Assembly: GCF_003334315.1 (NCBI RefSeq)
Contig: NZ_QOWR01000014.1
Direction: 5' to 3' (one strand)
DNA length: 64,000 nt
Origin: Escherichia coli
GTDB lineage: Bacteria; Pseudomonadota; Gammaproteobacteria; Enterobacterales; Enterobacteriaceae
Shown: piece by piece, positions 33,397 to 50,852 of the stretch
How the letters are laid out: the number at the start of each line of letters is the position of its first letter
Numbering within the stretch: position 1 is the stretch's first letter
Notes under the pieces: generated by a model
Told to the model about the DNA's origin: nothing
The model's database searches: none
The model's input: the letters and a program-made list of their open reading frames with translations, nothing else
Program-made: the position numbers and the translations under genes

Positions 33397-34782
33397 ATGA
33401 ATATTCCACAGCTCACTGCCCTGTGTCTGCGTTATCATGGAGTCTTGCTGGATGCCAGCGAAGAGGTGGTTCATGTTGCGGTAGTCGATGCACCTTCGCA
33501 TGAGCTACTGGACGCATTGCATTTCGCTACCACCAAACGTATTGAGATCACCTGCTGGACGCGCCAACAAATGGAAGGTCACGCCAGTCGCACACAACAG
33601 ACATTGCCCGTAGCTGTTCAGGAGAAGCATCAGCCCAAAGCAGAGTTGCTAACTCGAACGTTACAATCTGCGCTGGAACAACGCGCGTCTGATATTCATA
33701 TCGAACCAGCGGACAATGCCTACCGCATCCGCTTGCGTATCGACGGCGTATTGCATCCTTTACCGGATGTTTCACCGGATGCCGGAGTCGCATTAACCGC
33801 CAGATTAAAAGTGCTGGGAAACCTGGATATTGCGGAACATCGCCTGCCGCAGGACGGGCAATTCACTGTCGAACTGGCAGGAAACGCCGTCTCATTTCGT
33901 ATTGCGACCTTACCATGTCGGGGTGGTGAAAAGGTGGTATTAAGGTTGTTACAGCAGGTGGGTCAGGCACTGGATGTCAACACGCTTGGAATGCAGCCGT
34001 TACAACTGGCGGACTTTGCTCATGCCTTGCAACAACCACAGGGACTGGTGCTGGTAACTGGCCCTACCGGCAGCGGCAAAACGGTCACGCTTTATAGTGC
34101 CCTGCAAAAGCTGAATACCGCTGACATTAATATTTGTAGCGTCGAAGATCCAGTTGAGATCCCCATAGCCGGACTAAACCAGACGCAAATCCATCCGCGT
34201 GCCGGACTCACCTTTCAGGGCGTTTTGCGTGCGTTATTGCGCCAGGATCCTGACGTCATCATGATCGGAGAGATCCGCGATGGCGAAACAGCAGAGATCG
34301 CTATTAAAGCGGCGCAAACTGGTCACCTGGTGTTGTCTACCCTACACACTAATTCCACCTGCGAAACGCTGGTACGTTTACAGCAAATGGGGGTCGCCCG
34401 CTGGATGCTATCATCGGCGCTTACGCTGGTAATAGCCCAGCGTCTGGTACGCAAACTTTGCCCACATTGTCGCCGGCAGCAAGGGGAGCCCATCCACATT
34501 CCAGACAATGTATGGCCATCGCCGCTGCCCCACTGGCAGGCACCCGGTTGTGTACATTGCTACCACGGTTTTTATGGTCGTACGGCCTTATTTGAAGTTC
34601 TGCCCATAACGCCGGTCATTCGTCAGCTTATTTCCGCTAATACCGACGTTGAATCGCTGGAAACGCACGCACGACAGGCGGGTATGCGTACGCTTTTTGA
34701 AAACGGCTGCCTGGCCGTAGAGCAAGGCTTAACCACCTTTGAAGAGTTAATCCGCGTACTGGGGATGCCGCATGGCGAGTAA
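33397..34782 (+). CDS. hofB: type IV pilus / T2SS assembly ATPase (GspE/PilB family)
   Basis: 461-aa ORF, Walker A GPTGSGKT. Confidence 0.94.
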   Translation: MNIPQLTALCLRYHGVLLDASEEVVHVAVVDAPSHELLDALHFATTKRIEITCWTRQQMEGHASRTQQTLPVAVQEKHQPKAELLTRTLQSALEQRASDIHIEPADNAYRIRLRIDGVLHPLPDVSPDAGVALTARLKVLGNLDIAEHRLPQDGQFTVELAGNAVSFRIATLPCRGGEKVVLRLLQQVGQALDVNTLGMQPLQLADFAHALQQPQGLVLVTGPTGSGKTVTLYSALQKLNTADINICSVEDPVEIPIAGLNQTQIHPRAGLTFQGVLRALLRQDPDVIMIGEIRDGETAEIAIKAAQTGHLVLSTLHTNSTCETLVRLQQMGVARWMLSSALTLVIAQRLVRKLCPHCRRQQGEPIHIPDNVWPSPLPHWQAPGCVHCYHGFYGRTALFEVLPITPVIRQLISANTDVESLETHARQAGMRTLFENGCLAVEQGLTTFEELIRVLGMPHGE

Positions 34783-35974
34783 GCAACTCTGGCGCTGGCA
34801 TGGCATAACCGGCGACGGCAATGCGCAAGATGGGATGCTATGGGCAGAGAGCCGTACTTTACTGCTTATGGCACTACAGCAACAGATGGTTACCCCACTA
34901 AGCCTGAAGCGAATCGCCATCAATTCTGCGCAGTGGCGAGGAGATAAAAGCGCGGAAGTCATTCATCAACTGGCGACGCTACTCAAAGCAGGGTTAACGC
35001 TTTCTGAAGGGCTGGCTCTGCTGGCGGAACAGCATCCCAGTAAGCAATGGCAAGCGTTGCTGCAATCGCTGGCGCACGATCTCGAACAGGGCATTGCTTT
35101 TTCCAATGCCTTATTACCCTGGTCAGAGGTATTTCCGCCGCTCTATCAGGCGATGATCCGCACGGGTGAACTGACCGGTAAGCTGGATGAATGCTGCTTT
35201 GAACTGGCGCGTCAGCAAAAAGCCCAGCGTCAGTTGACCGACAAAGTGAAATCAGCGTTACGTTATCCCATCATCATTTTAGCGATGGCAATCATGGTGG
35301 TTGTGGCAATGCTGCATTTTGTTCTGCCGGAGTTTGCCGCTATCTATAAGACCTTCAACACCCCACTACCGGCACTAACGCAGGGGATCATGACGCTGGC
35401 AGACTTTAGTGGCGAATGGAGCTGGCTGCTGGTGTTGTTCGGCTTTCTGCTGGCGATAGCCAATAAGTTGCTGATGCGCCGACCGACCTGGCTTATAGTG
35501 CGGCAGAAATTGCTGTTACGCATCCCGATTATGGGTTCACTGATGCGGGGACAAAAACTCACGCAGATCTTTACGATTCTGGCGCTGACACAAAGTGCAG
35601 GCATTACTTTTTTACAGGGCGTAGAGAGCGTCAGAGAAACAATGCGCTGCCCGTACTGGGTGCAACTTCTGACACAAATCCAGCACGATATCAGTAACGG
35701 TCAACCCATCTGGCTGGCGCTAAAAAATACCGGTGAGTTTAGCCCGCTCTGTTTGCAATTAGTGAGAACAGGAGAGGCATCCGGCTCTCTGGATCTCATG
35801 TTAGACAACCTCGCCCATCATCATCGGGAAAACACAATGGCGCTGGCGGATAACCTCGCAGCCTTACTGGAACCGGCGTTGCTGATCATAACGGGAGGAA
35901 TTATTGGTACGCTGGTGGTGGCAATGTATCTGCCAATTTTCCATTTAGGCGATGCGATGAGTGGGATGGGATAA
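34772..35974 (+). CDS. hofC: type IV pilus inner-membrane platform protein (GspF/PilC family)
   Basis: 400-aa ORF; overlaps hofB by 11 nt. Confidence 0.94.
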   Translation: MASKQLWRWHGITGDGNAQDGMLWAESRTLLLMALQQQMVTPLSLKRIAINSAQWRGDKSAEVIHQLATLLKAGLTLSEGLALLAEQHPSKQWQALLQSLAHDLEQGIAFSNALLPWSEVFPPLYQAMIRTGELTGKLDECCFELARQQKAQRQLTDKVKSALRYPIIILAMAIMVVVAMLHFVLPEFAAIYKTFNTPLPALTQGIMTLADFSGEWSWLLVLFGFLLAIANKLLMRRPTWLIVRQKLLLRIPIMGSLMRGQKLTQIFTILALTQSAGITFLQGVESVRETMRCPYWVQLLTQIQHDISNGQPIWLALKNTGEFSPLCLQLVRTGEASGSLDLMLDNLAHHHRENTMALADNLAALLEPALLIITGGIIGTLVVAMYLPIFHLGDAMSGMG

Positions 35975-36002
35975 CGCTGGCGTGTTGCTCCACGCCAGCG
36001 TT
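35973..36002. terminator. hairpin between convergent hofC and guaC
   Basis: 12-bp stem aacgctggcgtg/cacgccagcgtt with loop ttgctc; no clear U-tract. Confidence 0.4.
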
Positions 36003-36008
36003 GGGAGA

Positions 36009-37052
36009 TTACAGGTTGTTGAAGATGCGGTTTTCTTGTTCCTGCACACGAATAAACGTGGTGCGCTTGGTCAGCTCTTTCAGGCGTGAAGCCCCAACGT
36101 ATGTACAAGCTGAACGCAGGCCGCCCAAAATATCTCGCGCGGTATTTTCAACCGGGCCTCGCAGCGGCAGCTTAACGGTTTTACCTTCTGCTGCGCGATA
36201 TTCCGCAACGCCGCCAACGTGACGTTTCATCGCAGACTCGGAGCTCATGCCGTAGAACAGCATAAATTTCTCGCCGTTCTCCTCAACGATGCGACCGCCG
36301 CTCTCTTCGTGGCCCGCCAGCATGCCGCCAAGCATGACGAAATCGGCACCGCCGCCAAAGGCTTTCGCCACATCGCCCGGCGTGGTGCAGCCACCATCGC
36401 TGACGATCATTCCGCCCAGACCGTGCGCAGCATCGGCACATTCGATTACCGCAGAAAGTTGCGGATAACCGACGCCTGTTTTGACGCGAGTTGTACAAAC
36501 AGAACCTGGGCCAATGCCAACTTTAACGATATCGGCACCTGAGAGGATAAGCTCCTCACACATTTCACCAGTCACTACGTTACCAGCACAAATGGTTTTG
36601 GTCGGCCACGCTTCACGCGCTTTCGCAACGAACTGCACGAAGTGTTCGGAATAACCATTCGCCACGTCAATACAAACGAAGTTTAATGCCGGGTTCAGGT
36701 CGAGAATCTGTTTAGTTTTTTCGAAATCCGCATCAGACGTACCGGTAGAAACCATCACATGTTTCAGCACATCAGCGGAAGAATTGTTGATAAACGCTTG
36801 CCACTCTTCGACAGAATAGTGTTTATGCACAGCAGTCAAAATATCAAAAGAAGCCAGCGCAGAGGCCATAGAAAATGTGCCTACGGTGTCCATATTTGCG
36901 GCGATAATCGGCACGCCGGACCAGCTCTGACCTGAATGTTTGAAGGTGAATTGACGTTCCAGTTCAACATCGGAACGGCTTTTAAGAGTGGAGCGTTTAG
37001 GGCGGATGAGAACGTCTTTAAAACCTAACTTCAGATCTTCTTCAATACGCAT
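36009..37052 (-). CDS. guaC: GMP reductase
   Basis: 347-aa ORF recognised as GuaC. Confidence 0.97.
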
Positions 37053-37276
37053 GTGCGGATTCCTGGGGTTAATGGCTATAAGGGTAAGAGCGCAACTCCA
37101 GTGACGCTATCATACGCACTAATCAATGCGGCGCAAGACTGCGAAATTGTCTTTTTTTACGCTACAATCCCATAAATTTACCTGGTAAATAGTGAGCGAA
37201 CGTTTCATCAATTTCGCTTTCGTGCACTCATTTTTAACGTTTTGATAATCATGATGAATTCCCGGGAATATAAATT

Positions 37277-37897
37277 ATGAGGTATATAGTTGCCTTAACG
37301 GGAGGCATTGGCAGTGGCAAGAGTACCGTTGCCAATGCGTTTGCTGATCTCGGAATTAACGTCATTGATGCCGATATTATTGCGCGTCAGGTGGTTGAAC
37401 CAGGTGCACCTGCGCTACATGCCATTGCTGATCACTTTGGCGCTAACATGATTGCTGCTGATGGAACATTGCAGCGCCGGGCCTTGCGCGAGCGGATCTT
37501 CGCCAACCCGGAAGAGAAAAACTGGCTTAACGCCCTGCTGCATCCGCTGATTCAGCAAGAGACGCAACACCAGATCCAGCAAGCTACTTCCCCCTATGTA
37601 CTGTGGGTTGTGCCATTGCTGGTAGAAAACTCACTGTATAAAAAAGCGAATCGAGTGCTGGTGGTGGATGTCAGCCCAGAAACGCAACTTAAGCGCACCA
37701 TGCAGCGCGATGATGTAACTCGCGAGCATGTCGAACAAATCCTTGCTGCTCAGGCAACGCGCGAAGCCCGCCTTGCCGTGGCAGATGACGTCATTGATAA
37801 TAACGGCGCACCGGATGCTATCGCATCGGATGTTGCCCGCCTGCACGCACACTATTTGCAGCTTGCGTCGCAGTTTGTCTCACAGGAAAAACCGTAA
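37277..37897 (+). CDS. coaE: dephospho-CoA kinase
   Basis: 206-aa ORF, P-loop GGIGSGKST. Confidence 0.96.
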   Translation: MRYIVALTGGIGSGKSTVANAFADLGINVIDADIIARQVVEPGAPALHAIADHFGANMIAADGTLQRRALRERIFANPEEKNWLNALLHPLIQQETQHQIQQATSPYVLWVVPLLVENSLYKKANRVLVVDVSPETQLKRTMQRDDVTREHVEQILAAQATREARLAVADDVIDNNGAPDAIASDVARLHAHYLQLASQFVSQEKP

Positions 37898-38640
37898 TGC
37901 AGACCCAGGTCCTTTTTGAACATCCACTAAATGAAAAAATGCGTACATGGCTGCGCATTGAGTTTTTGATTCAGCAACTCACCGTTAATTTACCCATCGT
38001 TGACCACGCTGGCGCGCTGCATTTCTTCCGTAATGTCAGTGAATTACTGGATGTTTTCGAGCGCGGCGAAGTCCGCACTGAGCTGTTGAAAGAACTTGAC
38101 CGGCAGCAACGTAAACTCCAGACCTGGATTGGCGTGCCTGGCGTGGACCAGAGCCGTATTGAAGCATTAATTCAGCAGTTAAAAGCGGCGGGGAGCGTAT
38201 TAATTTCCGCGCCGCGTATCGGGCAATTTCTGCGTGAAGATCGTTTGATTGCTCTGGTGCGTCAGCGACTGAGCATCCCAGGCGGCTGTTGCAGCTTTGA
38301 TTTACCTACATTGCACATTTGGCTGCATCTACCCCTGGCGCAGCGCGACAGCCAGGTAGAAACCTGGATTGCCAGCCTGAACCCGCTCACCCAGGCACTT
38401 ACCATGGTGCTGGATTTAATTCGCCAGTCGGCCCCCTTCCGTAAACAAACCAGCCTGAATGGTTTTTATCAGGATAACGGTGGCGATGCCGACTTGCTGC
38501 GCCTGAATCTGTCGCTCGATTCACAGCTTTATCCGCAAATTTCCGGACATAAGAGCCGTTTTGCCATTCGTTTTATGCCGCTGGACACTGAAAACGGACA
38601 GGTACCGGAACGTCTGGATTTCGAACTGGCCTGTTGCTAA
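37897..38640 (+). CDS. zapD: cell division factor ZapD
   Basis: 247-aa ORF; start overlaps coaE stop (taATG). Confidence 0.95.
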   Translation: MQTQVLFEHPLNEKMRTWLRIEFLIQQLTVNLPIVDHAGALHFFRNVSELLDVFERGEVRTELLKELDRQQRKLQTWIGVPGVDQSRIEALIQQLKAAGSVLISAPRIGQFLREDRLIALVRQRLSIPGGCCSFDLPTLHIWLHLPLAQRDSQVETWIASLNPLTQALTMVLDLIRQSAPFRKQTSLNGFYQDNGGDADLLRLNLSLDSQLYPQISGHKSRFAIRFMPLDTENGQVPERLDFELACC

Positions 38641-38649
38641 GGAGTAAAA

Positions 38650-38847
38650 ATGTCAGAAACTATTACGGTGAATTGCCCAACCTGCGGGAAAACGGTGGTG
38701 TGGGGTGAAATCAGCCCGTTTCGGCCATTTTGCTCCAAACGTTGTCAGCTGATCGACCTCGGAGAATGGGCTGCTGAAGAAAAACGAATCCCCAGCAGTG
38801 GCGATCTTTCCGAAAGCGATGACTGGAGCGAAGAACCAAAGCAGTGA
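38650..38847 (+). CDS. yacG: DNA gyrase inhibitor YacG (zinc-finger)
   Basis: 65-aa ORF with CPTCGK...CSKRCQ zinc-ribbon motif. Confidence 0.94.
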
Positions 38848-38856
38848 CATTTGTCT

Positions 38857-39062
<206 letters not shown>

Positions 39063-39066
<4 letters not shown>

Positions 39067-39452
39067 AGACGTTTAAGCTTCGCAATTACCGGTTCATTGG
39101 CTGGCGGAAAATCATCGGCATTAAGACCGACCAGCGACATCCACTCACCGGGTTGCCCTTCTTTACCCCACGGCTCCCCTTCCCAGCGTTCGACCAGCCA
39201 AAACCACAGTGTTATATGCCTGTCCGGGAATTCATATTCCAGTTTTTCAAATAGCGAAAAATGTTGGGGGGTAATCCCGACTTCTTCCTGAAGTTCACGC
39301 ACCACCGCCTGTTCCGGCGTTTCACCCATTTCAATTTTACCGCCGGGAAACTCCAGTTTATTCGCCATGTGCGCATCTGCTGCGCGACGCGTTATAAAGA
39401 TTTCATTGTTCTCGTTGCGAATAATACCTACCGCAATTTGCAGCTTTTTCAT
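39063..39452 (-). CDS. mutT: 8-oxo-dGTP diphosphatase (Nudix)
   Basis: 129-aa ORF with Nudix box GKIEMGETPEQAVVRELQEEVGI. Confidence 0.96.
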
Positions 39453-39511
39453 TGTCTTAAACCTATAAAAAAGGCGCAGAATCCTGCGCCTTTTACTTCA
39501 ACAGTTAGCTT

Positions 39512-42217
39512 TTATTGCAGGCGGCCATGGCACTGCTTGTATTTTTTACCAGAACCGCACGGGCAAGGATCGTTACGTCCTACTTTGCGCTCTCCGGTTT
39601 GCGCCGCCAGTGCAGCTGCGGCTGCAGAGTCGTCATCCTGATGGCTAAGCTGCTGCATTTGCGCTAAACGCTCGGCTTCCATACGACGCTGTTGTTCCAG
39701 CTCCTCAACCTCTTCAGGCATACGTACCTGAACTTTGCTCAGCGTACTGATAACTTCATATTTCAACGACTCCAGCATCGCTGCAAACATGGAGAACGAT
39801 TCACGTTTGTATTCCTGCTTCGGATCTTTCTGTGCGTAGCCACGCAGGTGGATACCCTGACGCAGATAGTCCATCGCTGCCAGGTGCTCTTTCCACAGGG
39901 AGTCAAGCGTTTGCAGCATGACGCCTTTCTCGAAGTGACGCATCATCTCAGCACCAACCACTTCTTCTTTACGCTGATACACTTCGATGGACTGCGCCAG
40001 AATGCGCTCACGCAGCGTCTCTTCATGCAGTTCTGGTTCTTTATCCAGCCACTCGGCAATTGGCAAATCGAGGTCGAAATCGTTCTTCAGACGTTCCTGC
40101 AGCCCCGGAATATCCCACATTTCTTCCAGCGACTGTGGTGGAATGTAGGCATCAATGGTCGCTTTGAACACATCTTCACGAATGCTGTTAATGGTTTCGC
40201 TCACATCGCTGACATCCAACAGTTCGTTACGCTGGGAGTAAATGGCGCGACGCTGATCGTTAGCCACGTCATCATATTCCAGCAGTTGCTTACGAATGTC
40301 GAAGTTACGGCTTTCAACTTTACGCTGGGCGTTGGCAATCGCTTTAGTCACCCACGGGTGTTCAATGGCTTCGCCTGGCTTCATACCCAGTTTACGCATC
40401 ATGCCGGATACTCGGTCGGAAGCAAAAATACGCATCAGCGCATCTTCCATCGACAGGTAGAAACGGGAAGAACCAGCATCCCCCTGACGACCAGAACGAC
40501 CGCGCAACTGGTTATCGATACGACGGGATTCGTGACGCTCGGTACCGATGATATGCAGGCCACCTGCTTCCAGTACCGCATCGTGACGTACCTGCCAGTC
40601 GGCTTTAATTTTTTCAATTTGCTCTGCGGTCGGATTTTCCAGCGCGGCAACTTCTGCCTGCCAGCTACCACCGAGCACAATATCTGTACCACGACCCGCC
40701 ATATTGGTCGCGATAGTCACCGCAGCCGGATAACCTGCCTGAGCAACAATCGCCGCTTCGTTGGCGTGGAATTTGGCGTTCAGGACGTTGTGCTTAATAC
40801 CGGCTTTGGTCAGTTCGTTTGACACCAGCTCCGATTTTTCGATGGAGATAGTACCCACCAGCACCGGCTGGCCTTTCGCAGTACGTTCTTTGATATCTTC
40901 AATGATCGCCTGAATTTTTTCCGCTTCAGTCATGTAGACCAGGTCCGGCAGATCTTTACGAATCATTGGACGGTTGGTCGGAACAACGACGGTATCCAGC
41001 TTGTAGATTGAGCTAAATTCGAAAGCTTCGGTATCAGCAGTACCGGTCATCCCCGCCAGTTTTTCATACAGACGGAAGTAGTTCTGGAAGGTGATCGAAG
41101 CCAGCGTTTGGTTTTCGTTCTGGATCTGCACACCTTCTTTCGCTTCCACAGCCTGGTGCAGACCATCGGACCAGCGACGGCCCTGCATGGTACGACCGGT
41201 GTGTTCGTCAACGATGATAACTTCACCATCTTTAACGATGTAGTCGACGTCACGGGTAAACAGCGCATGAGCGCGCAGCGCCGCCGTTACGTGGTGCATC
41301 AGCATGATGTTGGCCGGAGAGTACAGAGACTCCCCTTCATCCATGATGCCCTCTTTCACCAGCAGTTCTTCAATCAGCACCAGACCACGTTCGGTCAGGT
41401 TCACCTGGCGAGATTTTTCGTCCACCGAGAAGTGGCCTTCGCCCTGGAAGGTTTCGGAGTCTTCTTTTTCCTGACGGATCAGGTGCGGAATAATTTTATT
41501 CACGCGTTTATACATTTCCGAGCTGTCTTCTGCCGGGCCGGAAATGATCAGCGGTGTACGCGCTTCATCGATCAGGATGGAGTCCACTTCGTCCACCAGC
41601 GCATAGTGCAGTTTACGCTGTACACGTTCTTCAGGGCTGAACGCCATGTTGTCGCGCAGGTAGTCAAAGCCGTATTCGTTGTTCGTACCGTAAGTGATGT
41701 CAGCTGCGTAAGCTTCGCGCTTTGCCGGTGCTGGCATGCCCGGCAGGTTGATACCGACAGTCAGGCCAAGGAATTCAAACAGCGGACGGTTGTTTTCGGC
41801 GTCACGTTGCGCCAGGTAGTCGTTGACGGTAACTACGTGCACGCCTTTACCGGTTAGTGCGTTCAGGTAAGCAGGCAGCGTTGCGGTCAGGGTTTTTCCT
41901 TCACCGGTACGCATTTCGGCGATGCAGCGTTCGTTAAGAACCATACCGCCGAGTAACTGAACGTCGAAGTGACGCATACCAAAGACGCGCTTACTTGCCT
42001 CACGTACCACGGCGAAAGCTTCCGGGATCAGATTTTCCAGCACTTCGCCTTTTTCCAGACGTGCACGAAACTCTGCGGTTTTCCCTTTCAGTTCTTCGTC
42101 GGAGAGTTTTTCCATCTCCGGTTCCATGGCATTGATGATGTTGACCACTTTGCGCATCCGGCGCAGGGTGCGATCGTTACGACTACCGAAAACTTTAGTT
42201 AACAATTTGATTAGCAT
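39512..42217 (-). CDS. secA: preprotein translocase ATPase SecA
   Basis: 901-aa ORF recognised as SecA; C-terminal zinc-binding [14 protein letters not shown]. Confidence 0.98.
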
Positions 42218-42278
42218 AATAAAATCTCAAACGCCCCGCGTTGCGGAGTTAATAAAATGAAGTAAAGGTTTATTGTTG

Positions 42279-42996
<718 letters not shown>

Positions 42997-43021
42997 ATTT
43001 TATACGACAGTATAAATGTCG

Positions 43022-43960
<939 letters not shown>

Positions 43961-44039
43961 CTATCCAACCGAAGTGTACTATACATTCGGCGGGCCAGTT
44001 TAGCACAAAGAGCCTCGAAACCCAAATTCCAGTCAATTC

Positions 44040-45191
44040 TTAATCAGCTTGCTTACGCAGGAATGCTGGGATATCCAGATAATCCGGCTCTTTCGCAGTT
44101 TGCGGCGCATTGTCATTCACGACTTTAGCAACCGGCTTCTGCTCCTGGGTCAGCGGAGCCATCCCATGCTGCTGGTAGCGATCCATCACTGGCTGCTGAA
44201 CCTGCTTATTGGTCACCAGAGTGATTTCAGGACGTTTGTCCATGCCGATACCTGTCGCAACAACGGTTACGCGCAGCTCGTCATTCATATCCGGGTCAAG
44301 AGAAGTACCGATAACCACAGTCGCGTTGTCGGAAGCAAATGCACGGATGGTGTTACCTACCGTTTCGAACTCATCCAGACGCAGGTCGAAGCCCGCCGTG
44401 ATGTTAACCAGCACGCCGCGCGCGCCAGACAGGTCGATATCTTCCAGCAGCGGAGAAGAGATAGCCATTTCAGCAGCTTCTTCCGCACGGTCTTCACCGC
44501 TCGCCACGCCAGAACCCATCATTGCGTAGCCCATCTCAGACATTACGGTGCGTACGTCTGCAAAGTCCACGTTCATCAAACCCGGACGAGTAATCAGTTC
44601 AGCGATACCTTGCACAGCGCCTTTCAGTACATCGTTCGCTGCGCCAAACGCATCCAGCAGGGAGATACCGCGGCCCAGAACTTTCAGCAGTTTGTCGTTC
44701 GGGATAGTGATCAGAGAGTCCACATGCTTGGACAGTTCAGTGATCCCCTGCTCCGCGAATGCCATACGCTTCTTGCCTTCAAAGTTGAAAGGCTTAGTGA
44801 CGACAGCAACGGTCAGGATACCCAAATCTTTTGCCACTTCAGCGACGACTGGTGCTGCACCTGTACCGGTACCACCACCCATACCCGCAGCAATAAAGAC
44901 CATGTCTGCACCTTCCAGCGCCGCACGCAATGCATCGCGATCCTCATCAGCCGCATTGCGGCCAACTTCTGGATTAGCGCCAGCGCCCAGTCCTTTGGTG
45001 ATACCGCTACCGATTTGAATCGTCTGTCCAACCGCTGTTTTACGCAGCGCTTGTGCATCGGTATTTACCGCGAAGAATTCAACACCTTCAATGCGCTCGC
45101 GCACCATGTGTTCAACAGCATTACCGCCGCCGCCGCCGACGCCGATGACTTTAATCACCGCGTCATTGGTAAGTTCCATTGGTTCAAACAT
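44040..45191 (-). CDS. ftsZ: cell division GTPase FtsZ
   Basis: 383-aa ORF, tubulin signature GGGTGTG. Confidence 0.98.
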
Positions 45192-45251
45192 AGTTTCTCT
45201 CCGATTTGTGCCTGTCGCCTGAGGCCGTAATCATCGTCGGCCTCATAAAAA

Positions 45252-46514
45252 TTAAAACTCTTTTCGCAGCCAACTATTGAGTCGCTTGATCCACGAGCCA
45301 ACTGATGCTGTAACACGTTTTTCTACTTCAGCTTCACCGTTAAGATGTGACTCTTTCCCATAGTGAAGCAATCCCACCGCCGTCGAATAATACGGCTCCT
45401 GAGCATAATCCGTTAAACCGGTAATGTTCAGCGGCGCGCCGATACGCACTTGCGTATGAAACACGCGCTGAGCACAGGCTGCAAGACCTTCGATCTGCGC
45501 TGCGCCACCGGTTAATACAATGCCTGCCGCCAGGTGATGTTTAACCCCTTGTTGGCGAAGCTTTTCCTGCAACTGCAATATCTCTTCGTTGACCAGGTTG
45601 AGCAGCTCGGTATAGCGCGGCTCGATCACCTCTGCCAGTGTCTGACGTTGCAGACTCCGTGGCGGACGACCACCTACGCTCGGCACTTCCACGCTCTCAT
45701 CTTTTCCAACGATGGAACCCAGCGCACAACCGTGGCGAACTTTAATCGCTTCGGCGTCGCTTGGCGGCGTGCCAAAGGCGTAAGCGATATCACTGGTCAC
45801 GACATTGCCAGCATAAGGAATTACCTTAGTGTGGCGCAATGCCCCACCGGTATAAACGGCGATATCCATTGTACCACCACCGATATCGACGACGCAGACA
45901 CCCAGTTCACGTTCATCTTCCGTCAATACCGAATAACTTGATGCCAGTCCGGCAAATATCAGTTGGTCAACTTTCAGCCCACAACGTTCAACCGCTTTGA
46001 CGATGTTTTTCGCCATATCGTTGTGACATGTGATCAGGTGCACTTTTGCCTGCATCCGCACGCCCGAAAGTCCTACCGGATTCTTGATCCCTTCCTGATA
46101 GTCAATCGCATACTCTTGCGGGATCACATGCAGCACACGATGCTCATCGCGCACACGCACCGATTTCGCGGTATGGACGACGTTTTCCACATCTTCTTGC
46201 GTTACTTCTTCTTCAGAAATAGGCACCATACCAATTTCATTCTGGCAGCTGATATGCTTACCAGAAAGCGCCAGATATACCGAAGAGATCTGACAATCTG
46301 CCATCAATTCTGCCTGGTCAATGGCGCGCTGTACGCACTTGACCACGGATTCGAGGTCGTTCACCCCGCCTTTATCCATACCACGCGACGGGCAGCTGCC
46401 CACGCCAATGATATTGACCATACCGTCGGGCAGAACTTCCCCTACTAAAGCGGCAACCTTCGCGGTACCAATCTCCAGTCCTACTACCAGTTTTCTGTCC
46501 GTCGCCTTGATCAT
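45252..46514 (-). CDS. ftsA: cell division protein FtsA
   Basis: 420-aa ORF recognised as FtsA. Confidence 0.97.
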   Translation of the reverse strand: MIKATDRKLVVGLEIGTAKVAALVGEVLPDGMVNIIGVGSCPSRGMDKGGVNDLESVVKCVQRAIDQAELMADCQISSVYLALSGKHISCQNEIGMVPISEEEVTQEDVENVVHTAKSVRVRDEHRVLHVIPQEYAIDYQEGIKNPVGLSGVRMQAKVHLITCHNDMAKNIVKAVERCGLKVDQLIFAGLASSYSVLTEDERELGVCVVDIGGGTMDIAVYTGGALRHTKVIPYAGNVVTSDIAYAFGTPPSDAEAIKVRHGCALGSIVGKDESVEVPSVGGRPPRSLQRQTLAEVIEPRYTELLNLVNEEILQLQEKLRQQGVKHHLAAGIVLTGGAAQIEGLAACAQRVFHTQVRIGAPLNITGLTDYAQEPYYSTAVGLLHYGKESHLNGEAEVEKRVTASVGSWIKRLNSWLRKEF

Positions 46515-47341
46515 TGTTGTTCTGCCTGTGCCTGATTTTGTTGCTGAGTAGATTCCTCTGGCGGCAAGGGCGCCCAGCCTACTGCCGCTCCAGAGTCATA
46601 ACGCAAATCAACGTAGCTAATCCGTTTGCCATCGGTTTGCGCCTGCTGCTGTAAAACCGGATAAAGTTCTACAAAGCGAGCCAAACGTTTCATCGTATCG
46701 CCCCGGCCAAGATTGAGCTTAATATCGTTATTCAGCGTCAACTGCCAGGAACGCCGCGCGGTCATCGCCGCTTCCTTCAGAGTAAATCTGTCCTTTGCCA
46801 GCATCTGCCCCATTTCGCGATAGCCCTGCAACACTTCATTAGCGCTGCCTTCCGGGCCATACAGCATTGGAAGCACCTGCTTGCTGGTGCGATCTGGCGG
46901 CACGCTGAAGGTGTTTCCTTCCGCGTCTACCATGTGTTGATCATTCCACCGCGCAATCGGCACATATTCAACCAGATGAATCTTCAATTCATCAGGCCAC
47001 TGCTTTCTGACGCTCACCTGCTTAATCCACGGCAGGCGTTGTTCTATTTGCGTCTGGATGATGTTGACATCCTGGGTCATAAAGGTACCCGGCTCACCCA
47101 ATGCCAGGATCGACTGCCGGATATCGTCATTACGCGTGTAATGGCGTTCACCGGTCAACACCAGCTTTGAGAGCGGCAGGCGTTGCGCATCTTCCATCCA
47201 GCCCAACACGACCCAGCCGCTCACCAACACTGTCGTTAAAACGGTCAGCAGGAAAAGGATCCCCGCCAGACGCGTTCCATTATTGCGGCGAGAAGAAACC
47301 TCTTCTTCGCTATTTCGCGTGTTCAGAGCAGCCTGCGACAT
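46511..47341 (-). CDS. ftsQ: cell division protein FtsQ
   Basis: 276-aa ORF recognised as FtsQ. Confidence 0.96.
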   Translation of the reverse strand: MSQAALNTRNSEEEVSSRRNNGTRLAGILFLLTVLTTVLVSGWVVLGWMEDAQRLPLSKLVLTGERHYTRNDDIRQSILALGEPGTFMTQDVNIIQTQIEQRLPWIKQVSVRKQWPDELKIHLVEYVPIARWNDQHMVDAEGNTFSVPPDRTSKQVLPMLYGPEGSANEVLQGYREMGQMLAKDRFTLKEAAMTARRSWQLTLNNDIKLNLGRGDTMKRLARFVELYPVLQQQAQTDGKRISYVDLRYDSGAAVGWAPLPPEESTQQQNQAQAEQQ

Positions 47342-47342
47342 A

Positions 47343-49731
<2,389 letters not shown>

Positions 49732-49784
49732 TCTTTACGCCATTAACTTCTTAAATTCATACGATGCAAAAGGCATCGCTACAA

Positions 49785-50852
49785 TTACGCCCGGGCAACC
49801 CGGCTCACTTCATTTGCCACTCGCTCGGTGGCATCCGGAATGGATGCAGCGCGGGCGCGTTCTGCCATGGTTAATAAGGTTTCTCGCGACCACCCGGCCA
49901 GGGTGTTGGCGACAGCATCCACGCTAAGCTGTGGCTGCTCGATAATTTTGGCTGCGCCCGCTTTTTCCAGCGGTAGCGCATTCCAGTATTGCTGGCGGTC
50001 TTTATGTTGAAACGGCACAAACAACGCCGGTAGTCCTGCCGCGGCGATTTCACTCACCGTTAACGCACCGGAGCGGCAAACGACGACATCCGCCCACGCA
50101 TACGCCGCCGCCATATCATCAATAAATTCCGTCACTTTATGCTGCGGTTGCCCCGCTTCGGCATACGCCTGTTCAACGGATTGTTGCGAACCTTTGCCGC
50201 TCTGATGCCAGATAGTGACTGAATCACCCAGTTTCGCAGCAACCTGCGGCATTGTCTGGTTAAGAATGCGTGCGCCCTGAGAACCACCCACTACCAGCAC
50301 ACGAACCGGACCTTCACGTCCAGCCAAACGTTGCTGCGGCAACGGCAGCGCCAACACATCGGTACGCACCGGGTTACCCACTACTTCCGCATTAGGGAAA
50401 GCACCTGGAAACGCCTGCATCACTTTGGTGGCAATCTTCGCCAGCCATTTATTGGTTAAGCCCGCAATACCGTTTTGTTCATGAAGTACAACCGGAATGC
50501 CTAACGACCACGCGGCCAGACCACCTGGACCTGACACGTAGCCTCCCATACCGAGCACCACGTCAGGTTTGTACGCTTTCATAATCGCCCGCGCCTGACG
50601 CCAGGCGTTGAAGATACGCAGCGGGGCAGCTATCAGTGCTTTTATACCTTTTCCACGCAGACCAGAGATACGAATGAAATCAATTTCGATGCCATGTTTT
50701 GGCACTAAGTCCGCTTCCATACGGTCGGCAGTCCCCAGCCAGCGAACTTGCCAACCCTGAGCCATTAGATGGTGCGCAACCGCCAGTCCCGGGAATACAT
50801 GTCCACCGGTTCCGCCTGCCATCACCATTAATCGCTTTCCTTGACCACTCAT
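49785..50852 (-). CDS. murG: UDP-GlcNAc:lipid I N-acetylglucosaminyltransferase
   Basis: 355-aa ORF recognised as MurG. Confidence 0.97.
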
